Shown: in pieces, positions 1 to 7,944 of the stretch | Layout of the letters: every line of letters begins with the position of its first letter | Position numbering within the stretch: position 1 is the first letter of the stretch | From: a virus | Taxonomy: Duplodnaviria > Caudoviricetes | Length of the DNA: 45,224 nt | Strand: one strand, 5' to 3' | Virus record (IMG/VR): IMGVR_UViG_3300031354_000004 | Span: 1 to 45,224 of that record | Made by a program: the position numbers and the translations under genes | Notes under the pieces: model-generated | Told to the model about the DNA's origin: nothing | Database searches by the model: none | What the model saw: only the letters and a program-made list of their open reading frames with translations

Positions 1-127
1 AATGAAAGTAGTCCAATGTATCTACTCACCAGCAAGGCCAGTTCTTTATAGCTTCTTCACAGACATAGATCTCGAACCCGGAGATATCGTGGCTGTAGAG
101 TCAGGTGGGAAATTCAATCCTCTTGGA
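1..127. repeat. Terminal direct repeat, left copy (assembly overlap; contig is circular/complete)
   Basis: 1..127 is identical to 45098..45224; 127 nt is a common assembler k-mer; the repeat runs through the start of a gene. Confidence 0.95.
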
Positions 128-223
128 ATCGCGATTGTTCAAGTATATCGAACAGAAGGAATTCCGAAGGGTGACGAGCTAAAAGCTGAAAAGTGGGTAA
201 TTCAAAAGATCACACCTCGATAA
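2..223 (+). CDS. Hypothetical phage protein (73 aa)
   Basis: ORF; GAGG RBS seen at the other end of the circle (45087-45090) just before the duplicated ATG. Confidence 0.75.
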   Translation: MKVVQCIYSPARPVLYSFFTDIDLEPGDIVAVESGGKFNPLGIAIVQVYRTEGIPKGDELKAEKWVIQKITPR

Positions 224-325
224 CAAAAAACTCTCTCCCAAAGAGGGCTAGCTGTGGAGGGTCTTGGAGTTTGTGTCTAGGGTCCTCCCGGTTGGTTGGC
301 TGGGGAGAAAAAAGGAGCATAAAAG

Positions 326-862
326 ATGTCTGAGAAAAAACTCGAATACATGAAGCAACGGAATGCTTCAGAATATCGAAAAGAACAAGCTTCTGTCGGC
401 TTGCCTGTAAAATCGCAAGCACAAATAAACGCCGGCAAGATTGCCGACTATCGGACGACGGTAAGGATCCGCCCAACGAAGGCTCAGGTCTGGCAGGTCC
501 TAGAATACTGTCGAAAGATGGGTCGAGATCCGGCTGGCCGATCTTTTCAATGGGCTTTCCAGCTCATTATCGACTCTCTGATTATTTCGCGTATCCAAGA
601 CGGTACGTTAAAGCCAATCTCGGAAGAGGCCGCAATAGCGAAGCTTCGTGAATTCAAGTCTGGAGCTCCTGTTGGGGAGGAGTATATCTCCGTAGATAAT
701 TTAGATGCCCTTCGACAGGCGGAAGAAGATACAACACTTCCAGATAATGTAAACGCCTTAGATTTTATCCGAAGTGAACAAGCTGCAGATCAGGATGATT
801 TTGGGGATTTGTTTCCTTATCCATCGGGAGGGAGAGTAGATGATGATGAGGAGGAAGAATGA
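326..862 (+). CDS. Hypothetical protein with acidic C-terminal tail
   Basis: AAGGAG RBS; 178-aa ORF ending DDDEEEE. Confidence 0.8.
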   Translation: MSEKKLEYMKQRNASEYRKEQASVGLPVKSQAQINAGKIADYRTTVRIRPTKAQVWQVLEYCRKMGRDPAGRSFQWAFQLIIDSLIISRIQDGTLKPISEEAAIAKLREFKSGAPVGEEYISVDNLDALRQAEEDTTLPDNVNALDFIRSEQAADQDDFGDLFPYPSGGRVDDDEEEE

Positions 863-1011
863 AAGTAACTCGCTGGCATAAATTATTATGCTATCTATTT
901 GGGCATAAGAGCTTAAATAGTCTATTCACTATAACAAACGAGCAGTGTTCTTATGGCACTCTAGTTTGTCCTCGTTGTGGTTATGAACATACTTGGCAAT
1001 GGGATTTTTGA
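859..1011 (+). CDS. Small Zn-binding protein, DUF1660-like (50 aa; not in ORF track)
   Basis: MKVTRWHKLLCYLFGHK...CPRCG...; GAGGAGG RBS; ATGA overlap with upstream gene. Confidence 0.7.
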   Translation: MKVTRWHKLLCYLFGHKSLNSLFTITNEQCSYGTLVCPRCGYEHTWQWDF

Positions 1012-1023
1012 TAAGGAAACAAA

Positions 1024-1146
1024 ATGAAAACACTAAAAAGAATTCTTGAAGCTCTGGGCTTTACTCTTGTTGCCATCTGGGCATTTGGCTGCTATGTAGG
1101 CATCTCAGTAATGACGCCTAAGAAAGAAAAGCGAGAAAAGAGATGA
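1024..1146 (+). CDS. Small membrane protein (40 aa; not in ORF track)
   Basis: MKTLKRILEALGFTLVAIWAFGCYVGISVMTPKKEKREKR; AAGGA RBS; one hydrophobic segment; ATGA overlap with next gene. Confidence 0.6.
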   Translation: MKTLKRILEALGFTLVAIWAFGCYVGISVMTPKKEKREKR

Positions 1147-1412
1147 AAAAGCTTCTATTTTCGCTTTGCTGTTCGCTTCTCCTGGGCTGCACGACACAGC
1201 TAGGCTCGACTGCCCTGTCAGAACAGGCGATTCGAAGCTCGAATGAATTCACAAACGTATACTTCATTGCGCAAAGCCCGGATTATAGTTGCTATCTTGT
1301 TCGAACGCTCGAAGGACACATCCAGGTCCTCTATGTGACAAGAACAAGCCCTGTTCGAGTTTTGCGTACGAAGATTCTTTTTAATTGTAATAGTTGTAAG
1401 TGGGAAGAATAG
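1143..1412 (+). CDS. Putative lipoprotein
   Basis: Signal peptide II pattern MKKLLFSLCCSLLLG-C (lipobox LLGC). Confidence 0.65.
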   Translation: MKKLLFSLCCSLLLGCTTQLGSTALSEQAIRSSNEFTNVYFIAQSPDYSCYLVRTLEGHIQVLYVTRTSPVRVLRTKILFNCNSCKWEE

Positions 1413-1419
1413 GAGTCTT

Positions 1420-1650
1420 ATGTCATCATGTGAGAAATGTTGGTCGGATTCGTATAGAATAGCGAGATCGTCTGGAAAGGTTCAGGCAGAAGTTTATTCT
1501 GAATTAGTTAAAGCGAGAAAATGTACACCAGAAGAGCAAGCCGGTGAATATTCTGAAGTATGCGATATCTGTAATAGAAAAACGATTCATCAAGTTACCG
1601 GGCAATGTATGAATCCTGAATGTAAAAATTGTAATGGAGAGATAAAATGA
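1420..1650 (+). CDS. Cys-rich (Zn-finger-like) hypothetical protein
   Basis: AGGAG RBS; CEKC, CDIC, CMNPECKNC motifs. Confidence 0.7.
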   Translation: MSSCEKCWSDSYRIARSSGKVQAEVYSELVKARKCTPEEQAGEYSEVCDICNRKTIHQVTGQCMNPECKNCNGEIK

Positions 1651-2102
1651 AATTAGAAGATCAAGTTTGCTCGTTTGATCAGGCAAGAAAACTAACTGAG
1701 CTTGGAGTTACGCTAGATACAACTTTTCATTGGGAGTGTTTTAATTTTGAAACTCCAAAATTAGCCTATCTAGAAGCGGAAGACGTAATTGCACTTTATG
1801 ATTATCCGGAGTCTTTTTATCCGGCACTGACAGTCGCCGAACTCGGCGTTCTATTACAACCTTATACTGTAGTGAGGAATGTAGATAATGGAAAAATTTA
1901 TTGGCGGCTACTGGATGATTATTATCTTCCTAAATGGGAAAGTAAAGCGCCTTTATTTTACAAAGATACAGAGGCCGAAGGCAGGGCGGAAGCCTTAATT
2001 TGGTTAATCGAAAACGGCTATGTAATGTGGCTCTTCCCGCAACAAAGGCGCATAGAAAAGACTGACATACACAATCTACACATCGAAGGAGTATCTAAAT
2101 GA
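1647..2102 (+). CDS. Hypothetical phage protein
   Basis: GGAG RBS; ATGA coupling on both sides. Confidence 0.75.
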   Translation: MKLEDQVCSFDQARKLTELGVTLDTTFHWECFNFETPKLAYLEAEDVIALYDYPESFYPALTVAELGVLLQPYTVVRNVDNGKIYWRLLDDYYLPKWESKAPLFYKDTEAEGRAEALIWLIENGYVMWLFPQQRRIEKTDIHNLHIEGVSK

Positions 2103-2428
2103 AAAACAAAACTGAGTCTTACGTGTCCAATGACACTAATTTTTGTCGTATATTTGAACTACCAGACAAATATCCAGAAGGCTTTTTATTTTCGGGCGCC
2201 AAACCAGTAACTTTTCTTCTTATGGATTGGTTTTATCCTATTCCAAGTGAAGACATACGCGGGAAAAAAGTAAAGCCTTGGGCATATTATGCAGAGAGAT
2301 TAAAAACTTTCATCCAGGGCAAATTGTATGCACGCCCCGGAAAAACATATCTCCTAATAACCAACTTTGGAAAATCTTTAATCATAGAAAAAGGAGCAGA
2401 AGATGGCTCTCTGGATAGCTCGCGATAG
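2099..2428 (+). CDS. Hypothetical protein
   Basis: GGAG RBS; ATGA overlap. Confidence 0.7.
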   Translation: MKNKTESYVSNDTNFCRIFELPDKYPEGFLFSGAKPVTFLLMDWFYPIPSEDIRGKKVKPWAYYAERLKTFIQGKLYARPGKTYLLITNFGKSLIIEKGAEDGSLDSSR

Positions 2429-2600
2429 AGATGGATACTTATACATCCATAGGCGAAAACCTACACTTCTTAAAAAGACTGGAATCTTTGAAAGTTTCAC
2501 GACTCCGGAGAATTGCTGGGAGCTTCCTAAGCAAATGCTTCCAGAGGTTACATTCGAGAACTCTCCACAGAGAGTTAAACTTATTAATTTGGGAGCTTAG
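2403..2600 (+). CDS. Hypothetical phage protein (WIARDxDG...PEVTFENSP type)
   Basis: AAGGAG RBS; pattern resembles a common small phage protein family. Confidence 0.7.
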   Translation: MALWIARDRDGYLYIHRRKPTLLKKTGIFESFTTPENCWELPKQMLPEVTFENSPQRVKLINLGA

Positions 2601-2602
2601 AT

Positions 2603-2947
2603 ATGGAAGACAAACAAGACTACGCCATAGATTATTGGACTCGTCTACAAAACTCTGTAAGGCTACTAACTCACTTGGCTTTTAAACGCGCCGCACAAGT
2701 AAGGACGCCTTCTATTGAGTATTGTACAGCGATAGCAGACATACGAATGATAGATAAAATGCTTGTACACAAACTTGCCCGGGCTTACAATATAAAGAAA
2801 TATACCGATCCGCTAGAAGCTGAGATCTTATATCTTAGAGAAAGACTTAAGGATGTAGAGGGCAAATTAGAAAATCAAGAGCGAGCTCAAAAGATCGTAT
2901 CTGGAATTGTAGCCTTACAGAAACTTTTAAAGGAGGATCTCTCATAA
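2603..2947 (+). CDS. Hypothetical protein with C-terminal coiled coil
   Basis: GGGAG RBS; follows upstream gene by 2 nt. Confidence 0.7.
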   Translation: MEDKQDYAIDYWTRLQNSVRLLTHLAFKRAAQVRTPSIEYCTAIADIRMIDKMLVHKLARAYNIKKYTDPLEAEILYLRERLKDVEGKLENQERAQKIVSGIVALQKLLKEDLS

Positions 2948-3130
2948 GGGCGATTATTATAGTAGTGGCAGAAGCGCTTAGTAGAACCTAATTTGCTCCC
3001 TAGGTTCGAAATTCTAAGCGAAAAATAATGCCTGGCTGACATACGATGTCGTAAGGGAAGCTAGCCGCTCTAGCCATCCAGCTTGACGAGGTGCGGGTTC
3101 GAATCCTATCTACTATATAATCGCTCTTAT
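2944..3130 (+). ncRNA. tRNA-like structured RNA with expanded D- and anticodon loops
   Basis: Acceptor-like ATAGTAG(2959-2965)/CTACTAT(3110-3116) extended to about 21 bp; D-stem GCA/TGC; 5-bp TGGCT/AGCCA stem; GGTTCGAATCC T-loop at 3096-3106. Confidence 0.65.
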
Positions 3131-3146
3131 AAGGGATCCTTTCCCT

Positions 3147-3208
3147 ACAAAGGAGCACCTAAAGTAAGCCCTCTCAAAATCGCTCCTTTGTTTTCTTAAT
3201 TGAGAGGC
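3147..3208 (+). promoter_or_regulatory. Predicted H-type pseudoknot in 5' leader
   Basis: S1 ACAAAGGAGC(3147-3156)/GCTCCTTTGT(3182-3191); loop CCTCTCAA(3170-3177) pairs with TTGAGAGG(3200-3207). Confidence 0.55.
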
Positions 3209-3234
3209 ATCTAAACTCTTTACGGAGATTACAA

Positions 3235-3684
3235 ATGAAAGAACAAATCATCGAAGTTGTTGCGAATGCTAAAAAAGGTGAGAAGGAGAGAAGTATCAAA
3301 GTGCCTCTAATGGTTCCGGAAAGCATTAAAGAAGCGGAAGAAATCTTTGGGGAGAAAGTGGTCTTTGATACTTTTAACGCCCAGCTAATTATTAAATTCC
3401 AAGCATTCGTTCGTGGTCAGCTCGCAGCCGAAGACAATGAGACCGGCCTAGTGAAGAACTCAGAAGAGGAAGTCACAGCCGCTGCGGCCGCCTGGAAACT
3501 TACTGGTGGGAACAGGTCTAAATTGTCTACCAAAGATAAACTGGCTAAATTGTTCTCTGGTATGTCTAAAGAAGAAGTCGAAGCTGCCCTGGCCGATCTG
3601 GATGTCGAGGAGCTCGTCGCTTCTCAAGTCGAGGAAGGCGAGGACGAAGACGAAGGTATCAACGAACCTGAAGACTTCGAATAG
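3235..3684 (+). CDS. Hypothetical protein with long acidic C-terminus
   Basis: GGAG RBS; 149 aa; D/E-rich tail. Confidence 0.8.
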   Translation: MKEQIIEVVANAKKGEKERSIKVPLMVPESIKEAEEIFGEKVVFDTFNAQLIIKFQAFVRGQLAAEDNETGLVKNSEEEVTAAAAAWKLTGGNRSKLSTKDKLAKLFSGMSKEEVEAALADLDVEELVASQVEEGEDEDEGINEPEDFE

Positions 3685-3714
3685 TCAAAAATCCTGGAAG
3701 AATAAATAAACCCT

Positions 3715-3754
3715 GAGGTCTGCGCCCTTCGTAAGGAGCGGCGCATCCTCTTTT
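3715..3754 (+). terminator. Possible intrinsic terminator or processing hairpin
   Basis: GAGG..TGCGCC / GGCGCA.CCTC stem followed by TTTT. Confidence 0.45.
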
Positions 3755-3767
3755 AGAGAGAAAAAGA

Positions 3768-4454
3768 ATGAAAAAAATAACTGAGATGGCTCATGACGAG
3801 ATCATCAAACTTGACCAAGATGACATTAATCGACTTGTCGATCTTGCTTGTGCCGAACAAGGGATTCCGTTACTTCCTGAGCTTTTACCGGAACCGAAGA
3901 AGCCTCATTATGATGACGCTCCAAATGCTTATGAGCTAGCAGGAATTACTTGTAGGACGCGAGATACTGCCGAGGCTATACAAGGGTGTCTTCGTAGCCA
4001 TCAACACGACATTCTGGATCATGAGCATTATGTACGACACAAGAACAATATCTGGGAAATTAAAGAATGCGTATTTGTGCCTAAATCTGAGGAGAAAAAA
4101 CGAGGGGCCGCTATGTATGAGTATCAAGCAGCTCATACTAATTGGCAGGAGGATAGGGCTTTGTACCATCGGATTTCGGAACAACGCGAAAAGCTCGAAC
4201 TCCCAATCGTCGAGATTTGGTCTTTAGCTACACGTAAACAAAGCACTGCCGAATGGATTCAAAGAAAAGCCCAGAAATATCTCGACCTTGCCGAAGGTAA
4301 TATCGATGTTGCTGTGAATTTCCTGACTCAGGCATATCCAGACGAGTTAGCAGAGATAAGTGATATCTTCTCTGCTCATGTATACCTTGAAGAGTTAGTC
4401 ACTAGACAAGAATGGAAAGAGAATAATGAACAATTAAAGGAGGAATCCAAATGA
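3768..4454 (+). CDS. Hypothetical phage protein
   Basis: 228-aa ORF coupled to the next gene. Confidence 0.8.
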   Translation: MKKITEMAHDEIIKLDQDDINRLVDLACAEQGIPLLPELLPEPKKPHYDDAPNAYELAGITCRTRDTAEAIQGCLRSHQHDILDHEHYVRHKNNIWEIKECVFVPKSEEKKRGAAMYEYQAAHTNWQEDRALYHRISEQREKLELPIVEIWSLATRKQSTAEWIQRKAQKYLDLAEGNIDVAVNFLTQAYPDELAEISDIFSAHVYLEELVTRQEWKENNEQLKEESK

Positions 4455-4750
4455 GCAACGAAATGAAATCGCAAGACTGGTTAAAAACTCCGCAAGGGCG
4501 TAATCCTAAGGAGGAAATCCTAGCCCTGATAGCCAAAGCTAAGAATGACTACGAACTTAGTGGGATCGTAGGCTTTGAGAATCTTTATCGGGAAATGGAA
4601 GCCCGCTTGGATATGCTTGTAGATATACAAAAGTATTGTTTCTATAAGGAACTTCGAGATATGGTAAAGGGTGAGGATTTTAAGATAAGTTCTTCCCTTG
4701 GGGAGCTTCATCTTAAGTGCGTTAAGAATACTATCCTGGAGGCCAAATGA
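4451..4750 (+). CDS. Hypothetical protein
   Basis: GGAGG RBS; ATGA overlaps; flanked by a 16-bp direct repeat. Confidence 0.75.
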   Translation: MSNEMKSQDWLKTPQGRNPKEEILALIAKAKNDYELSGIVGFENLYREMEARLDMLVDIQKYCFYKELRDMVKGEDFKISSSLGELHLKCVKNTILEAK

Positions 4751-4983
4751 GCAACGAACTAATGGCGATTCAAATCTGTGTAATGAAAGGCTCTGAGGAG
4801 AGTATTATGGAGCAGTTGAGTCGCAGTTGGCCTGACGGACAGGCGGTGCATAATTATCATGCACGAGCCACAGCCCCAAAACTTTACAAGAAAACTCTCA
4901 TTGTAAAAGATACCGATATTTTTACACGTAATCTTTTAAAAGCTATCTTGGAGGACTCAGAATGCCCACACAACAAATCCTGA
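4747..4983 (+). CDS. Hypothetical protein
   Basis: GGAGG RBS; ATGA overlap. Confidence 0.7.
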   Translation: MSNELMAIQICVMKGSEESIMEQLSRSWPDGQAVHNYHARATAPKLYKKTLIVKDTDIFTRNLLKAILEDSECPHNKS

Positions 4984-6020
4984 CCTATGATAACTCCCGG
5001 ATAAAGACATACAAAAAATGTCCTCGGGAATTTCAACTTTCTCACATCCTATACTGGGCCGTGAACAAAGACGCTCCAGCTCTTGTCTTTGGCGGGGCCT
5101 ACCATGAAGGGATGGCGAAGATCTTCGAGCTGAAAGATAAGCTTCCAAAAGCTGAACTCCTAAATGCAGCTATGCTCGCCTTTGATGCGGAATGGAAGAA
5201 GCGAAACGGCCCTACGACTGATGAGGGTCTCGAGATGTGGTTTCCACGAATCCCTTCCGTAGCGGCCACAATGCTTAGTAATTGGCTTGATAAGTATAAG
5301 CATTGGCTTTCAAAGATCGAAGTCTTAGAAATCGAAGAGCCCTTTGCAGTCCCGCTCTTCTCTCGGCACCAATGCCCTTATTGCATGGAACACCTATCGG
5401 AGTCCTATTGGGAGAACAACAAGTATTGTCTTCACTGTCATGCCCCCTTAACTGAGACAATGCTCATCGGACGGCGAGACCTTGTATACAAAGAAGGCTC
5501 TAAAAAGTATTGCTTCGATACTAAGACCTCCTCTATGTATGCAAAAATAGGAGGCTTTCAACGCTCTTTTGTCGACAGCTTTCATATCGACTCACAGATC
5601 GATGGTTATTACTACACGACAATCATGACTCATGGGTCATGTGAGGCTGTAGTAATCAATGCATGTATGACGAAGAAAGACCATTGGGACGTCTTTGATA
5701 TGTACCCCCAATATAGGGATTTCAACTCCCTTTATCAGTGGTATTCTGAGACCTGTCTTTATGTAAATCGCATCTTGAGTGATCTTGCAAAAGGTTCGCA
5801 GATGTTCACGCGGAATCCTGAGTCTTGCCAAACGCGTTTTGGCTCGTGTAAATTCTATGATATCTGTCGAGTGATCCACGAGCCTCATAAGGAAATCGCA
5901 CAACCGATCGGATTCAAGATCGAAAAGTGGGAGCCCTTCGACGAAGAAGAACTCAAGGCATTGATTATGAAGACCCAAGAAGCGGCTCGTGTTGAAGACA
6001 CGCGTCCGATTTGCGTATAA
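4962..6020 (+). CDS. PD-(D/E)XK Cas4/RecB-like exonuclease with inserted Zn ribbon
   Basis: S.IKTYKKCPR N-terminal Cys; FGGAYH; E..F...GRRDLV...FDTKT; Q..GY; C-terminal C......C.F...C; CPYC/CLHC insert. Confidence 0.85.
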   Translation: MPTQQILTYDNSRIKTYKKCPREFQLSHILYWAVNKDAPALVFGGAYHEGMAKIFELKDKLPKAELLNAAMLAFDAEWKKRNGPTTDEGLEMWFPRIPSVAATMLSNWLDKYKHWLSKIEVLEIEEPFAVPLFSRHQCPYCMEHLSESYWENNKYCLHCHAPLTETMLIGRRDLVYKEGSKKYCFDTKTSSMYAKIGGFQRSFVDSFHIDSQIDGYYYTTIMTHGSCEAVVINACMTKKDHWDVFDMYPQYRDFNSLYQWYSETCLYVNRILSDLAKGSQMFTRNPESCQTRFGSCKFYDICRVIHEPHKEIAQPIGFKIEKWEPFDEEELKALIMKTQEAARVEDTRPICV

Positions 6021-6029
6021 GAGGTAATC

Positions 6030-6245
6030 ATGCGCTGCATAATCTGCGGGGCTCCGGCCCTGCCCAAAGAATCCCATTGCCTCCCTTGTAGGCAGATGAA
6101 TGATCATCTTGTATATCTCTTCATAGAGAAACCAGATCGTCTTCTTCCTTACTTGGAGGCAAAGTACTTTTTAATCCGTGCATACAAGGAGTATAATGGC
6201 GAACGAACTAAAGATTGTCCAGGCGAACAGCCTACCAAAGTTTGA
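6030..6245 (+). CDS. Small Zn-finger protein
   Basis: GAGG RBS; CIICG...CLPC. Confidence 0.7.
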   Translation: MRCIICGAPALPKESHCLPCRQMNDHLVYLFIEKPDRLLPYLEAKYFLIRAYKEYNGERTKDCPGEQPTKV

Positions 6246-7026
6246 AAACGATAACTACATCCTAGTCGGGCCGGCTGGGGGAGGTAAATCAAGTCTCGCT
6301 GCAACACTTCCGGGCAAGACTCTTGTCCTGGCCTTTGATGTCTCTGCTCGTCCTGCTTATCAGAAGTTTGGTAGCGATCACGTAGACATCATCGAGATAA
6401 TGCCAGAGCAACAAGATCTTACGCCCTACACAACGAAAGACATGACGAATCCCCCACCGCCCGCACAAGGACAAAAACGCGAGACCGGTCGAGTATTTTT
6501 AGATGCTGGAGCTTTTTTATCTAAGCTTGTAAATGATGGCGTAGTCCCAGGCGTATATCGGAACATAGTCACAGATACAGTAACAACTCTCCAAGGACAC
6601 GCCCTCGATTCCGTAATGGCAAAGGACAACCGAGCTGCGCATGTCCCCACTATGACCGACTACACAGCAGCCGCTCGCCTAGTCGAGTCCTGGTTCGATA
6701 ATATCTGTCGCCTTCCAATGAACGCGATCTTTCTAATCCATGATGAGATGGTTCAAGACGAGGTAACAAAGCGAATATCTTACCAACCTTTGCTGACTGG
6801 TAAATCTGGAAAGCGCTGTATCACGAAGGTAAATCATCTAATGCGTTGCACTCGAATGACTGAGCGCACTGGAGTAAAGTGCTATCTTCAAACAGCGCCT
6901 GATAACTATTCCGAACAGATTCGAACATCCTTCGTTGGGCTCGAACCGAAAGAAGATGTAACAATCACAGATTTCTCACGTCCTCAAGACTTCGGTCTTG
7001 GGGCCATTATTAAGAAGCAATTATGA
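6196..7026 (+). CDS. Sak4-like AAA (AAA_24) recombination ATPase
   Basis: Walker A GPAGGGKS; Walker B-like IVTDTVT; LIH; located between exonuclease and SSB; start moved to ATG 6196 after AAGGAG. Confidence 0.8.
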   Translation: MANELKIVQANSLPKFENDNYILVGPAGGGKSSLAATLPGKTLVLAFDVSARPAYQKFGSDHVDIIEIMPEQQDLTPYTTKDMTNPPPPAQGQKRETGRVFLDAGAFLSKLVNDGVVPGVYRNIVTDTVTTLQGHALDSVMAKDNRAAHVPTMTDYTAAARLVESWFDNICRLPMNAIFLIHDEMVQDEVTKRISYQPLLTGKSGKRCITKVNHLMRCTRMTERTGVKCYLQTAPDNYSEQIRTSFVGLEPKEDVTITDFSRPQDFGLGAIIKKQL

Positions 7027-7340
7027 AACTAAATGATTATCAACTTACTATATCGGCTAGACTAAATAGCGATATAAATTATTCCGCTATGGATTTAAAA
7101 GCCAGGTTGACTTTAAATTCTTTAGCCTTATGTGGCGAAGCTGGAGAGATAGCTAATAAAATAAAGAAGTTAATTTGGTATGATCCAGAATGGACTGATA
7201 ATAAAGTAGATAGTATAAAAGATGAGTTATGTGATGTGTTATACCATCTTAGTCAGCTATGCACCGAGCTTAATATGACTATGACAGATTTAGCTAGCCG
7301 TGGTTATAGCAATGTAGTCAAAAAACGCGCCTTAAGTTAA
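7023..7340 (+). CDS. mazG: MazG-like nucleotide pyrophosphohydrolase (copy 1)
   Basis: LALCGEAGEIANKIKK...DELCDVLYHL (ExxE...ExxD). Confidence 0.85.
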   Translation: MKLNDYQLTISARLNSDINYSAMDLKARLTLNSLALCGEAGEIANKIKKLIWYDPEWTDNKVDSIKDELCDVLYHLSQLCTELNMTMTDLASRGYSNVVKKRALS

Positions 7341-7462
7341 GCGCCCTTAGAATGAAATCCCCCGCCCTCGGGATAGCAATATAAGTAGGGCATTTTTCTT
7401 TATCCCTAATCCTGCCCAATATTTGGGCGGTCATTCTCATTAAATATTTATGGAGAATAAAA

Positions 7463-7879
7463 ATGTCAGATCAAACTGTTGGAGGTACCGTATTTTCTTT
7501 ACCTTCGGACTTTGCCGATATAAAAGAAGATCAGCCAGTCGAATTTGGTTTCTATCGTGTTGTAATTGCTGAAGCTGAACTAACGACTTCCCAGAAAGGT
7601 AATCCTATGGTTAAGGTTATAATGCAGATTGAAGGGCAAAGTGATGACGTGCCTAATATTTGGTATAATCTGAATTTACCTTATCCAGGGTGTCACAAGT
7701 TCATCAAGCAAGAACTGAAGCGTTTTATTCAAGCTTTTGATATCGACGTTCAGCCCGACGGAAATATTGATGTAGTAAGTTTCCTAGGCAAAACTGCTGA
7801 TGTGACCCTGGAAAAGAAGAAAAACAATAAAGATCGTTGGGTAAACGAAGTGAAACTTCCCGACATTGAAGAACAGTAA
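7463..7879 (+). CDS. DUF669-like single-stranded DNA-binding protein
   Basis: G.Y.V.I.EAE...SQKGNPMVKV...; LGKTADV; NEVK; position after Sak4. Confidence 0.75.
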   Translation: MSDQTVGGTVFSLPSDFADIKEDQPVEFGFYRVVIAEAELTTSQKGNPMVKVIMQIEGQSDDVPNIWYNLNLPYPGCHKFIKQELKRFIQAFDIDVQPDGNIDVVSFLGKTADVTLEKKKNNKDRWVNEVKLPDIEEQ

Positions 7880-7888
7880 AAACCAGCA

Positions 7889-7925
7889 AACTAGCAGGGC
7901 CTCCTAAGAGGGGGGCCTTCTAGTT
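7889..7925 (+). terminator. Intergenic hairpin (terminator or RNase III-type site)
   Basis: AACTAG.AGGGCCTCCT / AGGGGGGCCTTCTAGTT inverted repeat right after the SSB stop; no clear U-run. Confidence 0.45.
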
Positions 7926-7944
7926 CCTACCAAAGGATTCTATT

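Noticed and set aside
1-127. 127-bp terminal repeat as a biological DTR
   Set aside because: The length equals a standard assembler k-mer and it cuts through a gene start; physical ends more likely lie near 37 kb
2959-3116. tmRNA interpretation (internal frame GCC...GCT TGA reads AWLTYDVVREASRSSHPA*)
   Set aside because: No G3-U70 alanine identity, no GGGG 5' end, no CCA, far shorter than tmRNA, and resume-codon spacing is off by one
3147-3208. HDV-like (theta) ribozyme after a tRNA-like element
   Set aside because: Only 4 nt lie between the S2 5' strand and the S1 3' strand, leaving no room for the P3/L3 of the nested double pseudoknot; none seen after tRNA-Ser either
4962-6020. CRISPR-Cas system suggested by a Cas4-like gene
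   Set aside because: No repeat-spacer array or other cas genes; the context is a Sak4/SSB recombination module
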